This document shows positions 28,101-42,384 of a stretch of DNA of 64,000 nt, in pieces (within the stretch, counting starts at the first letter, position 1; each line of letters begins with the position of its first letter). The stretch is taken from NCBI RefSeq assembly GCF_009914755.1, contig NC_060933.1; one strand, written 5' to 3'. This stretch comes from the human T2T-CHM13v2.0 reference genome, Homo sapiens. A model generated the notes under the pieces. That model was given only the letters and a program-made list of their open reading frames with translations, was not told where the DNA came from and ran no database searches. Both the position numbers and the translations under genes were made by a program.

Positions 28101-31100
28101 ATTTAGTCCATTTCCATTTAACATTATTATTGATGGTAAGGACTTACTACTGTCATTTTGTTATTTTTTTTCTGGTTGTTTTGTATGTCTTCTCTTCCTT
28201 TCTTCCTTTCCTACTGTCTTCTTTTGTGGACAAGTGATTTTCACTGGTGGTATGTTTTCTTTTTCTTTCAGTATATCTATTAATGGGTTTTTGCTTTGTG
28301 CTTACCATGAAGCTTATAAAAACACATTATAGCTATAGCAAATTATTTTAACTGATGACACAATGAAAAGAAACAAATAATGAAAAAAACTTTAAAAATG
28401 TACACTAACTTCATTCCCCCATTTTCTGACTTTTTGTGTTTTATATCTTTTTATATTGTCTATCTCTTAAGAAATTGTAGTTATTATTTTTGATAGATTT
28501 CTCTTTTAGTTTTCATGCTAAAGATAGCAGTAGTTGATACATCACTATTGTGGCATTACAGTTTTATGAATTTGTCTGCAGATTGACTTTTACTAGTCAC
28601 TTTTATCCCTTAAGATGATTTATTGTTGCACATTAGCATCCTTTTCTTCCAGATTGAAGAGCTCTCTTTAGCATTTCTTGTAAGATAAATTCCCTTAGCT
28701 TTTGTTTGTCTGGGAAAGTCTTTATCTCTCCTGCATGTTTGAAGTAGAGCTTTGCTGGATATAGTATACTTGGTTGAATGTTTTATTTCCTTCAGCGTTT
28801 TGAATCTGTCATCCTAATTTCTTCTGGCCTGTAAGGTTTCCACTGAGAAGTCTGCTGCCAGGTATATCAAAGCCCCTTTATATGTTATTTGCTTCTTTTC
28901 AATTGCTGTTTTTAGAGTCCTGCCATTTTCCTTAACCTTTGAGAGTTTGATTATTTTATGTCTCAGAGTAGTTTTATTTGGGTTGGATCTGATTGGTGTC
29001 TTGTTGCACCTGGATATTTATACCTTTCTCTGGGTTTGGAAAGTTGGTATTTCTTTGAAAAAAACTTTCTATCCCAACTTCTTTTTCTCACTACATCCTC
29101 TTTATGGCCACCGACTCAAGATTTTTCCCTTTTGAGGCTATTTTCTAGATTTTGTAAATGTACTTTATTCTTTTTCATTGTTTTTTCTCCTCTGACTGTG
29201 TATTTTCAAATAGTCTATCTTTCAGCTCACTAATTCCTTTCTTCTGCTTGATCAGTTTTGCTGCTGAGACATTCTGCTGCATTTTTCTGTTTTTCAATTT
29301 GATTTTTCAGCTCCAGGATATCTGTTTGATTTCCTTATTATTGTTTCAATCTCTTTGTTAAATTTCTTTGATAGCATTCTGAATTCCTTCTCTGTGTTAT
29401 CTTGAAGTTCACTGAGCTTCCTCAAGGTAGCAATTTTGAATTCCCTGAGAGGTCACATGTCTCTGTCACTGCAGGATTTGTTACTGGTGCCTTATTTAGT
29501 CTGTTTGGTGATGTCATATTTTCCTGAAAGTTCTTGATGCTTGTGGACTTTTGTCCATTTCTGGCATAGAAAAGTTAGGTATTTATTTTAGTCTTCACAG
29601 CCTAGCCTTGTTTGTACCAATTCTTTAGAGGGCTGATTTTTCGTTCTTGATACGGTGTTTATTTATGTAGATAGTTGTTCAATTTGATGTTCCTGCAGGA
29701 AGTTTGCTTGCAGGAAGGTTCTATTTGGCCATCCTGTTCTGCCTCTCTCCCATCTTGAAATTATTAAGTGGTATGGGTTCTTTTTATATTCTATACACAA
29801 ATCCAATACTAGATACATAATTTGAAAACATTTTCTGTCATTCAGTAGATTGTCTTATCACTTCCTTAATGGTGTCCTTGGAAGCACAAAAATTTTTAAA
29901 TTTGATTAAGTCCAATTAATCTATTTTTCCTTTTGTTGCTTATGCTTTTAGTGACATATCTTAGTAATCTTTGTTTAGTACAAGGTCATGAAGATTTGTC
30001 ACTGTTTTATTCTGAGAGTTTTAGTTCTTATGTTCATATTTGCAATCCATTTTGAGTTAATTTTGAGTTAATCATATATGATATGATGGAGCCCAACTTC
30101 ATTATTTTGCCGGTGGATAGCCAGTTGTCATAGTGTCATTTATTTAAAAGACTATTCTTTCTTCATTGAATTAATACTCTTGTAAAGCATCAACTAATAT
30201 AAATATAATGGCTTATTTCTGGTCTCTCTGTTCTACTCCATTGATCTATATGTCTATCTTTAAGTCCGTATCACACTGTCTTGTTTATTATAGCTTTGTA
30301 GTAAGTTTTTAAACTGAGAAGTGTGAGTTCTCCAACTTTGTTATTCTTTTTGAACATTGTTTTGACTATTTGGGTCCCTTAACTTTCTGTGTGAATTTAA
30401 GTATCAGCTTGTCAATTTCAATAAAGAAGCCAAATGACATTTTGTTGAGCATTGATTCCACTTGCCATCTTAACAATGTTAACTCTTCCGATTTATGAAC
30501 ATGAGATGTCTTTCCACTTATTTAGATCTTCTTTAATTTCTTTCAGCAATGTTTTCTGGTTGTAACTGTCTACTTTGCATTTATTTTGTTAACTTTATTT
30601 CTAAGTATTTTATTATTTAGATGCTTTTAAAAATATAATTGTTTTCTTAATTTCATTTTTAGGTTGTTCAATGCAAGTTTATAGAAATACAACTAAATTT
30701 TATATTGATCTTGTATCCTATTACCTTGGAAAACTCATTTATTAGTTCTACTGGGGTGTTTAATAGTAAATTCCTTAGAATTTCTACCAAAAAAACAGAG
30801 CATGTGATCCATGAATAGAGATAGTTTTAATTCTTCCTTTTCAATCTGAATGCCTATTATTTCTTTCTTTCTGTCCTAATTGTTCTAGCTATTATAACAG
30901 AAACAGTGAGATCAGACATCCTTGTCTTGCTTCTTTCCTAGGGGAAACACTTCAGTCTAACACTTTTGACTACTATAATAATTATGAACTTTTCATAGAC
31001 ATCTTTATGCAAGCTGAGGAGGTTCTCTTCTATTCCCAGTTTGTTTAATATTTTTATCATAAATGTCATTGGACTTTATCAGTTGTTTTTCTGCATCTAT

Positions 31101-31288
31101 AGAGATGATCATTTGCCTTTTGTCTTTATTCTATTGATACAGCATATGACTTTAACTAATTTTTTTTCTGATGTTAACCAACCTTGCATTCCTGTGATAA
31201 ACCCTAGTAGTAGTAGTGTATAATCCTTTATATATGATGCTGGATTTGTTTTACTAGTATTTTGTTGCAGATATTTTGTGTATATTAA

Positions 31289-31625
<337 letters not shown>

Positions 31626-32988
31626 TATTTCAAATGTACTGAAGCTTGTGCAGCTTGGTTTATACCCTAATATATGGTGTATCCTGGAAATTTTTACATC
31701 TGCACTTGAGAAGAATGTGTATTCTGCTTTTGTTATGCTAGGCAGAATGTTCTATAGATGTATGTTAGGTCTAGTTTGTGTATTGTTCAATTATTCCATT
31801 TCCTTGTTGATATTCTGCCTAGTCATTCTACCCATTTTTGAAAGTGGAGTTTTTAAGTCTTGAACTATTGTGAAATTGTTTACTTCTCACTTCAGATCTG
31901 CTGGATTCTCCTTTATGCATTTGGGGCTCTGCTGTGCATATATGTTTATAATTGTTACATCTTCCTCATAGATTGGCCCATTTATCATTATGAAATCTTG
32001 CTGTCTACTAATGTTTCTGTTTTAATATCTGTTTGTCTCATATTAGTCTAGCCACTCTAGCTTTCTTGTGATTATAGTTTACATGAAATAACTTTTTCAC
32101 CTTTTTATTTCAATCTATGTTTCTTTATGTATAGTGTGTTTCCTATAGATAGCATATAGTTGAGTCTCTTTTTCTATCCTATCTGAAAATCTCTGCATTT
32201 TGATAGGATTATTTAATTTATCCACATTTTGTTTTCTATATATCTCATTTCTCTTTTGTTCCTCTATTACTACTTTATTGCTTTTTTCAGCATTAAGTGA
32301 ATATTTATTTTCTAAAGTAACATTTTAATTCCTTCAATGACTTTTTCACAATATTTAATTCCTTCCATTATTTTCTCACTATATTTTAAAGTTATTTTTG
32401 GTGGTTATTTTAGTGTTTGCCATATAAATCTTAACTTATCAAAATCGACTTAAGATTTATACTAAATTAATTCAAGTGAGACCTATAAATGTTACTCCTT
32501 TATAGCTCTATCACCCTTTTCCCTTTTTTGTGCTATTATCATTATACATATTAACCTATTAATCTATATATGGTACAAACCCAACATCAAATTGTAATAT
32601 TTATTACTTTATATACTTGTATGTCTTGTAAAGAAGCCAAGAGAAGAGCACAAAGCAAGTACGTATTCATAGTATTTATTATAGTAACCTTCTTATTATT
32701 TCTGGTTCTCTTCATTTATTCTTACTGATTTGTATTACCATCTCTTGTCATTTTCTTACTCCAATATGGCTTTATTCCCATCACCTTCTCTGTGCTTTTA
32801 TTAGTAAACATTGTATTTCTATATGTCATAGATTCCACAATACAAGTATATACATATTGTTTTGTAAAGTTGCTTTTTAAATCAGTTAATAAAAGGGGAA
32901 TAAATGTGCATTCCCATTGTCTTTTATAATTACATAATTACCTTTACCAGTGTTCTTTATTTGTGCATGTGTGAATGGGTTCAAATTA

Positions 32989-33069
32989 CTAGGTTGGTAC
33001 AAAAGTAACTGTGGTTTTTCGCAATTAAAAGGAACAGAAAAAAATGCAATTACTCTTGTACCAACCTAA
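32989..33069. mobile_element. MADE1 (Hsmar1-derived 80-bp mariner MITE)
   Basis: TAGGTTGGTACAAAAGTAA...TTACTCTTGTACCAACCTAA terminal inverted repeats. Confidence 0.9.
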
Positions 33070-34169
33070 AACTATCTAGAGTCACTTACCTGAAGAATTC
33101 CCTTTAGTATTTCTTATAAGGTGGATTTGCTATGCTAGCAACAAATTCTTCATTTTTGTTTATCTGAGAGTGTCTGTATATCGTCTTCATTTTTGGAAGA
33201 TTGTCTCCTGGATATAAGGTTCTTGGTTGACAGGTGTTGTTTGTTTTCATTTTTAGAACTCCAAATATGTAATTCCATTGTCTTCTGGCCTCCATTGTTT
33301 CTGCTAAAAAGTTTCTGGTAAGATGCTAATCTTATTGGATTATGTGATGTGTCATTTAGTTGTTTTTTTTTTTATTTGTATGTGATGTGTCATTTAGTTT
33401 TCTCTTGCTGATTTTAAGATTTTCTGTTTATCTTTGGCTTTCAGCAATTTTACTATGATGTGTCTGTGTGTGGGTCTTTTCGTACTTATCCCATTAGAGT
33501 TTGTTGAGCTTCTTGGATATGAGATGAACATTTTCTCATGAAATTTGGGAAGTTATTATTTCTTCTAGCCATTATTTCTTCTAATATTTTTTCTAGTCTT
33601 TTTTCTAGTTCTTTCTCTCCTCTTCTTCTAGCACTCCCATTACATGGTTGCTGGCATGCTTACCGATTTTCTTCATTCTTTCCTTTTTCTCTGCTCTTTG
33701 GATTGCATAATCTCCATCAATATTTATTCAAGCTTACTAATTCTTTCTTTTGCCAGTAAAAATTTACTGTTAGGCACCTATACTGATAATTTCTAAAGAC
33801 TTTAAATGGTTGTTTTTTGTTGGTTTGTTTTGTTTTTTATCATTCTCACCGGCAATTATTTTTCAATAGGGAGTGAGTTCTTCGAGTTGTTCATGCTGTC
33901 ATTTTAGAAGTGGACTTCCCTTCTCTGCTTTTTATTGTTTACCTCTTCAGGGGTAAAATCTCTTCTCTTCTTTAGCCCATTTGACTAGCAAAAACACCAC
34001 ATATCTTACCCCAAGGTACTATGCAGACACCTGCTAATTGACAAATCTTGTAGATAGTTCTTGCTTCTCTCTTCTGGCACTATGGCTCACATTCATTAAT
34101 ATTTGAAATTCTCCCTTCCCATAGTTTCACTATTCCAGCCACTCCCAGCCATAAAATGGCTGTCTTTCT

Positions 34170-34725
34170 TTCTACCTACTCTTAAGTACTGGTGCACTCA
34201 GAAAAAGGCCCTTTCACTGTCTCTCTTCTCTTGGTACTCAAGATGCCCTGGAAGCCTCATCCACATCCATTGCTTCCACTGCTATGTGTGTCTTCTAACT
34301 ACCAGTGCATATCTCCAAAGCTCCCCTTAAGCTCCAGCACCATGAATCCAACTGCATACTAGACATTTCTGTTGAAGTGCTCACAGACACCTTGAATTTA
34401 ATAAATACATCTAAGATTGAATTCCTTTTATTCTCCAAAGTTCATTAGTTTCTCTTACATTTCATATTCTGGTTGATTACATCCAAGTGTCCAGCCACCT
34501 AAACTAGGAATTGAGGAGCTTTCCTTAGGTCTGCCTCCCTTCTCAACTCACATTATATTGTTTTTAGAAATGGGTTTCCTTCCACAATGCCCCTGCCTAG
34601 TTGAAGCTTCTACTGTTTGCCAACCAGGCTAGCATAACCTTCCATATTCCGCTACTGCCAATCCAGTCTCACCAGGGCAAACAAAGTGATCTTTCTAAAC
34701 CACAATCTGATTATTTTACCCCTCT
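34170..34725 (+). mobile_element. L2 fragment
   Basis: ctcatccacatccattgcttcc, tccaactgcatactagacatttc, agtgatctttctaaac motifs. Confidence 0.65.
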
Positions 34726-35616
34726 CCAAAACTATTGCATTAGCACCAGCATTGTCTACAACTATGTTCCCCAACTGCAGTCATTTGATTACTACCCTCA
34801 TGACTTTTGACATAACAACCATGATCATGTTTATTTTCATAGTACTTATACCATTATTTACATACTTAGATTTATAACAAAAGGATATGTGATCTTTGAA
34901 TTTGAAAAATCAGTGTCAGTTGTCATAGGGAAAGCATAAAAATAAATTCATAGCTATTAAAACAAAAAATGTTTATCTGTATACCACTAAAAGCTTCTTG
35001 CATCACAGCATTAGTACACCTACCATACTTGAGAACACACAGGCCCAGAGAAAAGTCATAGGAATTATATATAAAGCAAGGACTCTCAAACTTTATCTCC
35101 CACTGCATACACCCTACCCTCTAGTCCCACTAAAGTACATTTTATGGTTCAAGCATCAGGCTGTTTCCTTCCTGAGTACCCTTTTACACACTATTTATTT
35201 ATATCAAGGAATGAGTATCGTCATTTATTTCTTTTTAAAAAGGAAAGCCTTTAGTATCTATAGCATCAAACAAGTCCAATGGGAAAGGATAACTGACAGA
35301 GATCAAACTGCATCAAGGCAAGGACCATGTGTCTTTCATTCACCACCACATATCCTATCGACCACAGTGCCTATAGTGTATTAGGTGCATAATATTTGCT
35401 GAATAAATGTGTCTAAAAAGAAGATATACTGTAATTGCAAATAAGCTTCTCTGATAAATATTTTATATTTAAAAGTACCCAGATATTTTGCTAAATAAAA
35501 AAGCAAGGCCTAGTGTGTATAATATGCCACCATTTGTGTAAAACACACACACATACACACACACACGTACAGTGACTACCTAAAAATACAGAGTAAAAGT
35601 GAAGACTACCTAAAAA

Positions 35617-35780
35617 TGACAGTAAAAGAGGGCTTAATACTTACAACGAGACAAAAAGTGTAAACAGGAGCCGTCCCAGGGCAAACCAACACGTAAGCTC
35701 TCCTGGCCAAAATACTACTTGAATGTATCAGAAAATGAAGCAGATAAATTCTGAGCAACAGAACTGCACATACACCCTTA
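35617..35780 (-). repeat. Inverted duplicate of 36665-36829 (part MER94-like, part flanking DNA)
   Basis: Reverse-complement alignment by eye over ~165 bp; ORFs 35606..35794 and 36648..36854 are near-identical peptides. Confidence 0.9.
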
Positions 35781-36740
35781 GAGAGTGCATTCATTCTAGA
35801 GAGGATGAAAATCCCTTTTCACTATATGCCTGTTTATATAACTTAAATTTCTATAATGCATATGTTAATATACCATATGCAGTTGTATTACTTTAAGAAA
35901 ATGGTTTAAGCCAAGTACAAAATTTAGGAGTCCATAACTGAGAGGAAATAATTCTGTTTTTAAAAGGTCACATAACCTGTACCTGCATATTAGGATAGTT
36001 AAAAATAATATTACCCTGCATCTTGGAATCAAACAAAAAATTAAAGGCAAGTATGTCTAAGGAGGAAATTTCAGGCTGTGAGAAGCAAGCATATGGTAAA
36101 AGAGTAACCAACTATTTTAAATTCAACCAGGTCTCTAGGTTCAGAAAAATCACAGCAGTTTTATTCAAGTCAGTATCTTGCCATAGTAAATGGGGAAGCT
36201 CCTAGAGAACTAGAAATGCGTAAACATTACTTTTTTTTTTTTCAAAACATGACAAAAGGGGAAATCTTTCATAAATATTTAGTCAACAAGTATGGCATGA
36301 ATCACAGAAAAATTTCTAGAGCACATTAATAAGTGCACTAATCATTAAAGCTAAGAAAAGGAAAGGAGCTAGCATTTATTGTATTACTGTGCCAGGCACT
36401 GTGGTGGAGGTTTAATGTTCTGTTCAATTTTAAACAGTCATTGTAAGGTAAGGGGAAATGTTGCTTTGATTGGCCACACCTGGGTCATGTATCCACCCTT
36501 GGAAATCAGGGTATACTCAACTGAGGGAGAAATGCTTCTCCAAAGAAAAATTGGGATGCAGTTACCAAATTGGAAATGAGACTAGACATGTAAGAGGAAC
36601 ACTCACCTACAACATTTAGCTTTAGCTACGTTAAAAAAAATTAAAGTATGCAGATCTCAGAAAGTAAGAGTATATGTGCAGTTCTGCTGGTCAGAATTTG
36701 TCTGCCTCATTTTCTGACACATTCAAGTGATATTTTGGCC

Positions 36741-36871
36741 AGGAGAGCTTATGCATTGGTTTGCCCTGGGATGGTTCCTGTTTATACTTTTTGTCTCATT
36801 TTAATTATTAGGCACCCCTTTTACTCTCAAATGTGTTCTAATTTTGAGAAGTAAATTATAAGGCAATACTA
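36741..36871 (+). mobile_element. MER94-like hAT-Blackjack MITE
   Basis: tggtttgccctgggatggttcctgttta...taattattaggcaccccttttactctcaaatgtg...aaattataaggcaatacta. Confidence 0.7.
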
Positions 36872-38566
36872 GATCTTGGCAAACAAGAGAACATCAGGAG
36901 GTATATGTCCAGAATGGGGAAAGCCTGATCTTAAAAAAAAAAAAAATTTGCTGGGAAAACTAGGGATGTTTATCCAAGAGAAAGCTAACGTGAGGCTTGA
37001 GAGGCATAAGAGTCACTTAAAGAGAAGGGCGGGGATAGAATTGTTTTGTGTGATTTCAGGAGATAAACCAGTATCATGGGTAGAGTTACAAGGAGCAGAT
37101 TTCATCTCTATATGGGAATGAAATTTATCAGCATCAGCTGGACTTGTTCAATCATATTGAGGAAGGACCAAAATGGAAGAGATCTTTGGATTTTGAAAGG
37201 TTTTGCTAAGAGTCATGGGATGCGATTCCCATTAGACAGATCTTCAAGAGTAGGCAGGGTGGACCTAAAGCGGGGATTAGGATAAAGCAGTAGGAAATCA
37301 AGAAACAGATTTTTAAAAGAAGATTCATCATTCTCACCTCTTTTTCCAGGCCCAAGAAAATTCAGTCAATTGTGAAGCAACTCTACAGTTATTAAAGGAT
37401 AAAAAGAGCAGGCATTTCTATGTGTTTATTTCCCCTTTGCCTTTATCTTTCTATCTCACTCTTACTTTCCTTTTGTCCTGATATCATAATCTTATAAAAT
37501 AAGATTTCTTTGATTTGTATGTATTTATAAACACCTCAAATTGGTTTAGGAAAAAGTAGGGAGTAAATAAGTAGAAAGTAACATAATAAAAATGGTTTTA
37601 AGTGTTTATAAACCTACTTTCTTACACACTTTGGTAAACAAAATGAAAATTCTATGGTAATATCCCCTGCAGACTGCTTTTCTGCATTGATCCACTTTTG
37701 GAAACAGGAAAGCACAAGTTCCCTCTTTCCAGCATCCCCTGCTCAGAACACTCCCTGGAGTCAGAGTCCCTTCTTATTTGTGGCTACTTGAATTGCATTT
37801 CAGATGAAGGAGTCTCTGGGGTGGTGCAAAGATGACCACACATTCTCCTTGACCATCCTGTAACCATGCGGTAGCTCTAAACATTTGGCCTCATCTGCAG
37901 GATGCAAGCACAGGAGTCCCTCTCACTATAAAAAATGCCATGCCCAGTGTCTCAAACACTGCTGCATCGGGTCTGAGACACAAGTGTGCTGCTTCCACTC
38001 ATTCAGTCTTGTTAACCCAGGGAGTTAATTATTAGCTTCAAATTCCACCCTGACACTGTCACAAAAACTGGAATCTTTGACAAGTATCAGGTGAAGTTCA
38101 GACCAATCCACCGACATTGGCACCACATCAGAAGTGTTTTGTTTATGGTCATAAATCTTCCTTTGACTAGATCATCAAAATTGGTAGTTTCCCACACACA
38201 TATCAGCACTGTCATTCAACAACCAAAAATTACACTGTAAATCAGAGGAAATCTGTGATTAATTAACAAAATTGCGATTTAAATATAATTTCATTAAAAC
38301 ATCTTCAATAAGGCTATTTAATTCAAAAGTAATTGTCTAGTAAAGAATTACATCATCAGAATTAGTGTAAACACTTAGACAAATATATCCAAATTTTGGT
38401 TTCAATTAATCAACTACATTATCATTAGCAAAATGGTCAAACAGACTAGTAAAATAGAATATAAAAATCTAGTAAAAAATAAATATGTGCAAGTATTTGG
38501 GTGATTTACGTTTGGTGAAAAAAGTTAGATTCTCTAACTTTGGAAAGAAACTTAAATTTTTATTTT

Positions 38567-38955
38567 TGGATAAACAAAACATGATATATCCATATCATGG
38601 AATGTGCCATACCTTAGCAATGAAAAGGAACGAACTACTAATATATGCAATATATGCAACAAAAGGATGAATGTCAAAATCATCATGCCAAGCGAAAGAA
38701 GACAGACACAAAAGAGTACACATAGCTGTTACTCCATTTTTATTGCCTAAGACCGGGGTGAAGGGTGGGATAGACTGCAAAGGTAAACAAGGAAACTTGG
38801 GACAGTAACAGAAATGTTCTATATTTTAATTGTGACGGCAGTTCCATGAGTGTAGCTATCAAAGCTAATCAAATTATATTCTATATCCAATGGATCCTTT
38901 AAACAGATGCATTTTTCTTTTGTTAATTGTACTTCAATAAAGTTTAAAAAGAAAA
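38567..38955 (+). mobile_element. L1ME-like 3' end fragment
   Basis: ggataaacaaa...gcaatgaaaaggaacgaactacta...gacagacacaaaagagtacac...tacttcaataaag. Confidence 0.75.
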
Positions 38956-39639
38956 AAATCATAAAAGGAATATAAACTGGATCTCACAGATACACAGATT
39001 TGTGTGTGTGTATATATATATATATATACAAATTTGTGTTTTTGTGGAAAACAAAATTCCTACATACTCTGTATATGGCCAAGCAGTTACAATTTTACTA
39101 GAAAATAAGCAATATATTTCACATCTTTGAACAATGTAGTATTTTTAGATAAGAGTTCCTTGTAATTTTTCCAATTCTTCCTATAAGAAAGTATATAAAC
39201 TAGACATGGAGTAAGCAAGGCACTGGAATACTTTTGGTATGAATATACTATAAATGAACATGAGTTTTAGAAAAACGAAATTAATCAGCAGGGTTTTTCT
39301 TCCCACTGTTAGATAGCTTGACTTCCATTAAATCATTATTATTATCCAATTTGTTACAGTAGTCCAAAGCATTCATTATCTATGTTTGAATTATAATCAT
39401 TTTAAAAAGCGGTCAGGGCATTTGTACTACTAAGAAAGTCAGTGAAATGTTAAACTTATGGAGAAAACATTCTCATTTTATTTTTAAAGCAAACTGCTGA
39501 GGAAATTAAAACTGTTCGTCTCGTAAGAAATGCAAAATCTCAGCTCTTGAAATGGACTGTTAGCAATTAGAGAACAGAAAGCAGTCCCTCTGGGAGGACT
39601 TTGGTGGCCATTTGCCAATAATTAGCTTTCCTCATATAG

Positions 39640-39798
39640 CAGCATGTATTAGAATCACCTGGAGGGTTTGTTAAAACTCAGATGGCCAGGCCCCATGCCC
39701 AGAGTTTTCCATTCAGGTCTGGGGTGGGGCGTATTTGCACTTCAACAAGTTCCCAGGAAAGCCAATACTGCTGGTCTACGGACCACACTTGGAGAACA
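39640..39798. mobile_element. MER5A-like hAT-Charlie MITE
   Basis: ttagaatcacctggagg...aacaagttcccagg...ggaccacacttggagaac. Confidence 0.8.
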
Positions 39799-40644
39799 GG
39801 AGTTGCCACAGAGGAAGAGCAAAGAAGAAACTAGAATTGACAGAGGATGAGTAAAGCTTGGCCACAAGTCAATGGGGGAAGGAATGACGTTCTTGTCAAT
39901 GCAAGCTATTGGCCAATCACTAAGGTAGGGCTTGGGAGGGACAAGGAAGCATTTTTACTAAGTGGTGGGTAGCATTTGAGCTGTACCTTATGAGACTGGT
40001 AAAGATAGGGGAAACGTGTACATTGGTGAAGGAGACACCAGGGGCAAAGGAACAGCCTTGGGAAGTATAGAATGTTGTCAGGGAATAACGGAGGATCTGA
40101 TCAAAGGGAAAGCAGGGGTAAATGAGATGGGAGGGCGGTGTTAGCTTGTGGGGAATGCCCCTCTCCACGGCTGTGGAGGGCGCGCTGCTCTGTGGAGTGA
40201 GAAGTTCCATCTTCTGCATCACACACCCCTACGTGGTTTTATGGGGGCTTTTTCTTTCCATTGCTGGACCATTGCCCATGCTAGTCCTCTAATGAAAAGG
40301 ACCTTCTCACCATCCTTCACTCTGTCACTCAAACTCAATCTTCACTTCAAAGACAAGTTCAAGCCCTATTTCATCCTGTGTTTCTCTCTAAAGACCAAAT
40401 TCACTTTGAACTGTCCCACCCCGATCTACACCTTGCTAGGCATTGCCCTTTTCTCTAAGTTACATGTATTTGACATCTCTGCAACCTATCAGAAAATTAT
40501 CTTAGGATAAGGACCATGTCACCCTGTAATGTCCAGTTTGGTGCCAGCTGCATAATAAGAATTGAAAAAAAAAATTCTTCACTGGTTGATTGGCAGGTTA
40601 CTAATATATAATCAGCAACTGTTGTTGAGGTTTTATTTATTAGA

Positions 40645-40830
40645 GTGGCACACAGGCAGTTCCGGAACGTGCAGCATCAGCATCCCCTGGGAATGTGTTA
40701 GAAAGGCCCAGACCCAGGCTCTGCCCCAGACCCAGGGAATCCCAAACTGTGGGGTGGGGCCAGAAATCTGTTTTAAAACAAGCCTCTCAGGTGATTCTGG
40801 TACGTGGTCAAGCTTACAAACCACTGCTTT
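40645..40830. mobile_element. MER5A-like hAT-Charlie MITE
   Basis: gcagcatcagcatcccctgggaa...aacaagcctctcaggtgattctg...aaccactgc. Confidence 0.8.
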
Positions 40831-41069
40831 CTACAAAGCCTGAATCCCAAAACAAGTTCACACAGCTTATAAGGGTCTGTAGATAGCACAGTGATCATTT
40901 TTATCATTATTTTTAATGATAAAAATAATTTAAATAGGAATAAAAAATGCTTCGAAGACAAAGCAAGAATAGGAAAACTTAATAGAGCCAACACTGTGCC
41001 TAGTGCAAAATAAATACCTCCAAAATCCTTTATACATGTCAGAGGTGGACCATTAAAGGGCCCCTGTGC

Positions 41070-41202
41070 TTTCTTTTTCTTTCTTTCTTTCTTTCTTTTT
41101 TTTTTTTTAATTTTTTTGTGGAGACCCTACGGTGCTCAGGCTGGTCTCAAACTCCTGGGCTCAAGTGATCCTCCTGCCTTAGCCTTCCAAAGTCCTGGGA
41201 TT
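41070..41202 (-). mobile_element. Alu monomer (FLAM-like) with (TTTC)n tail
   Basis: caggctggtctcaaactcctgggctcaagtgatcctcctgcc; single arm only. Confidence 0.8.
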
Positions 41203-41814
41203 GGACTCTGTGCTCTCTAAAGAAGCACAGTCAATTATCAATTCTGTGCCTTCAGAAGAAAAGTCACTTTGAAGCACGATTTCTGGTAGTGAGACTTCCT
41301 GGAGCAACCTCATAGAGAGATGGCTGTGTAACCTGCAGTCTGATGTTCCCAACAACAAAACACACATGAATGTTCCCCAAAACACAATGAGTCTCCCAAG
41401 GCTGTTTCTCAATATAAGCTGATGATTGATGCAGGCCAGATGCAATGCCTCTGAGGGGACTCTCTAAGGCAGGGAGATAAGCAGCTCCTGAAGATCTGAA
41501 CTCAATCCAGGGACATAATCTCAGGTGCCCAGAGGAACAGATGAACTGCAAAGCCTCAACCACTCCTCCATAAGCACACTTTCTCTCAGCTGAACTTCTG
41601 ACACAAAACTGCAGCAACCCCGAGATTCCACCCAGTTAAATGCTGGGGTGCAGCCACCACGGGAGATTGCCCAGCACAGTCACGTAGCCACATGCATTGA
41701 GGAATGGGTGGCGGGGGGGCAAGGGGGGTGTTAATTCCTGATTTATCCCTGCGTCGTTTTCCCTTTCAACTGAGTTGAGTGTGAAGCTACAGTGATAAGT
41801 ATAGGGGCTGCCTG

Positions 41815-41938
41815 AGCAACCATTTGCATAAGAAAGATCTGCTGAAACTAACGGGAGTGGCTGTGTTTCTGTAAAATTTTATTTACAAAAACAAGTAGCT
41901 TCTAAATTTGGCTCATGATCTAAGTTTAAGAACCCCTG
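41815..41938 (+). mobile_element. MER58-like fragment
   Basis: gtggctgtgtttctgtaaaattttatttacaaaaacaag...atttggctcatg...acccctg. Confidence 0.65.
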
Positions 41939-42384
41939 GTTTGAGGAGTCCTGTAATTTTCCTGCTGCCTAGGGGAAAAGCTTACAACAAACACCCAGGA
42001 GTAAGCTATTTAAAAAAGCAAAGTAATCTAAATTAGGAAACTCCTTCACTCATCACCCAGTCCCTTGTTAGAAATGCGTCCCTACATTTCATGTTGCTTC
42101 CAGATTGATCTTTCCAAACAGCCACTCCCTGCTCAAAATCCTTTAAATGCTCTCTGTTATTTAAATATTCCCTGTTCTGCGTTATCTAAAATCTGAGCTT
42201 CTTAGTATGACATTTAAGGGACTCCCTCCACAGCAAGCCCCCAGCCTCCTCCTGCACGCTGTTCCTGCACTACTTTGCACACACAGCATGCTCACTCCTC
42301 CAAGTACTCCTTCTGCCTGCTGCAAACACTGCTGTGCCCAGTATCCTGCTCCTCTTCTTCCTAACAGAATCCCCATAATGTTGG

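Larger units (their letters stand above)
24109..29751 (-). mobile_element. Near full-length L1MA-like element nested in the older L1
   Basis: T-rich tail at 24109; ORF2 remnants (YYKAVVTKTAWHWH, LNGEKLKAFHLRSGTRQ); ORF1 region; 5' end ggagagaggcagaacaggatggccaaatagaa. Confidence 0.85.

Noticed and set aside
41264-41617. 117-aa minus-strand ORF in GC-richer unique DNA
   Set aside because: No convincing acceptor/donor pair or recognisable motif; cannot be placed in the exon chain.
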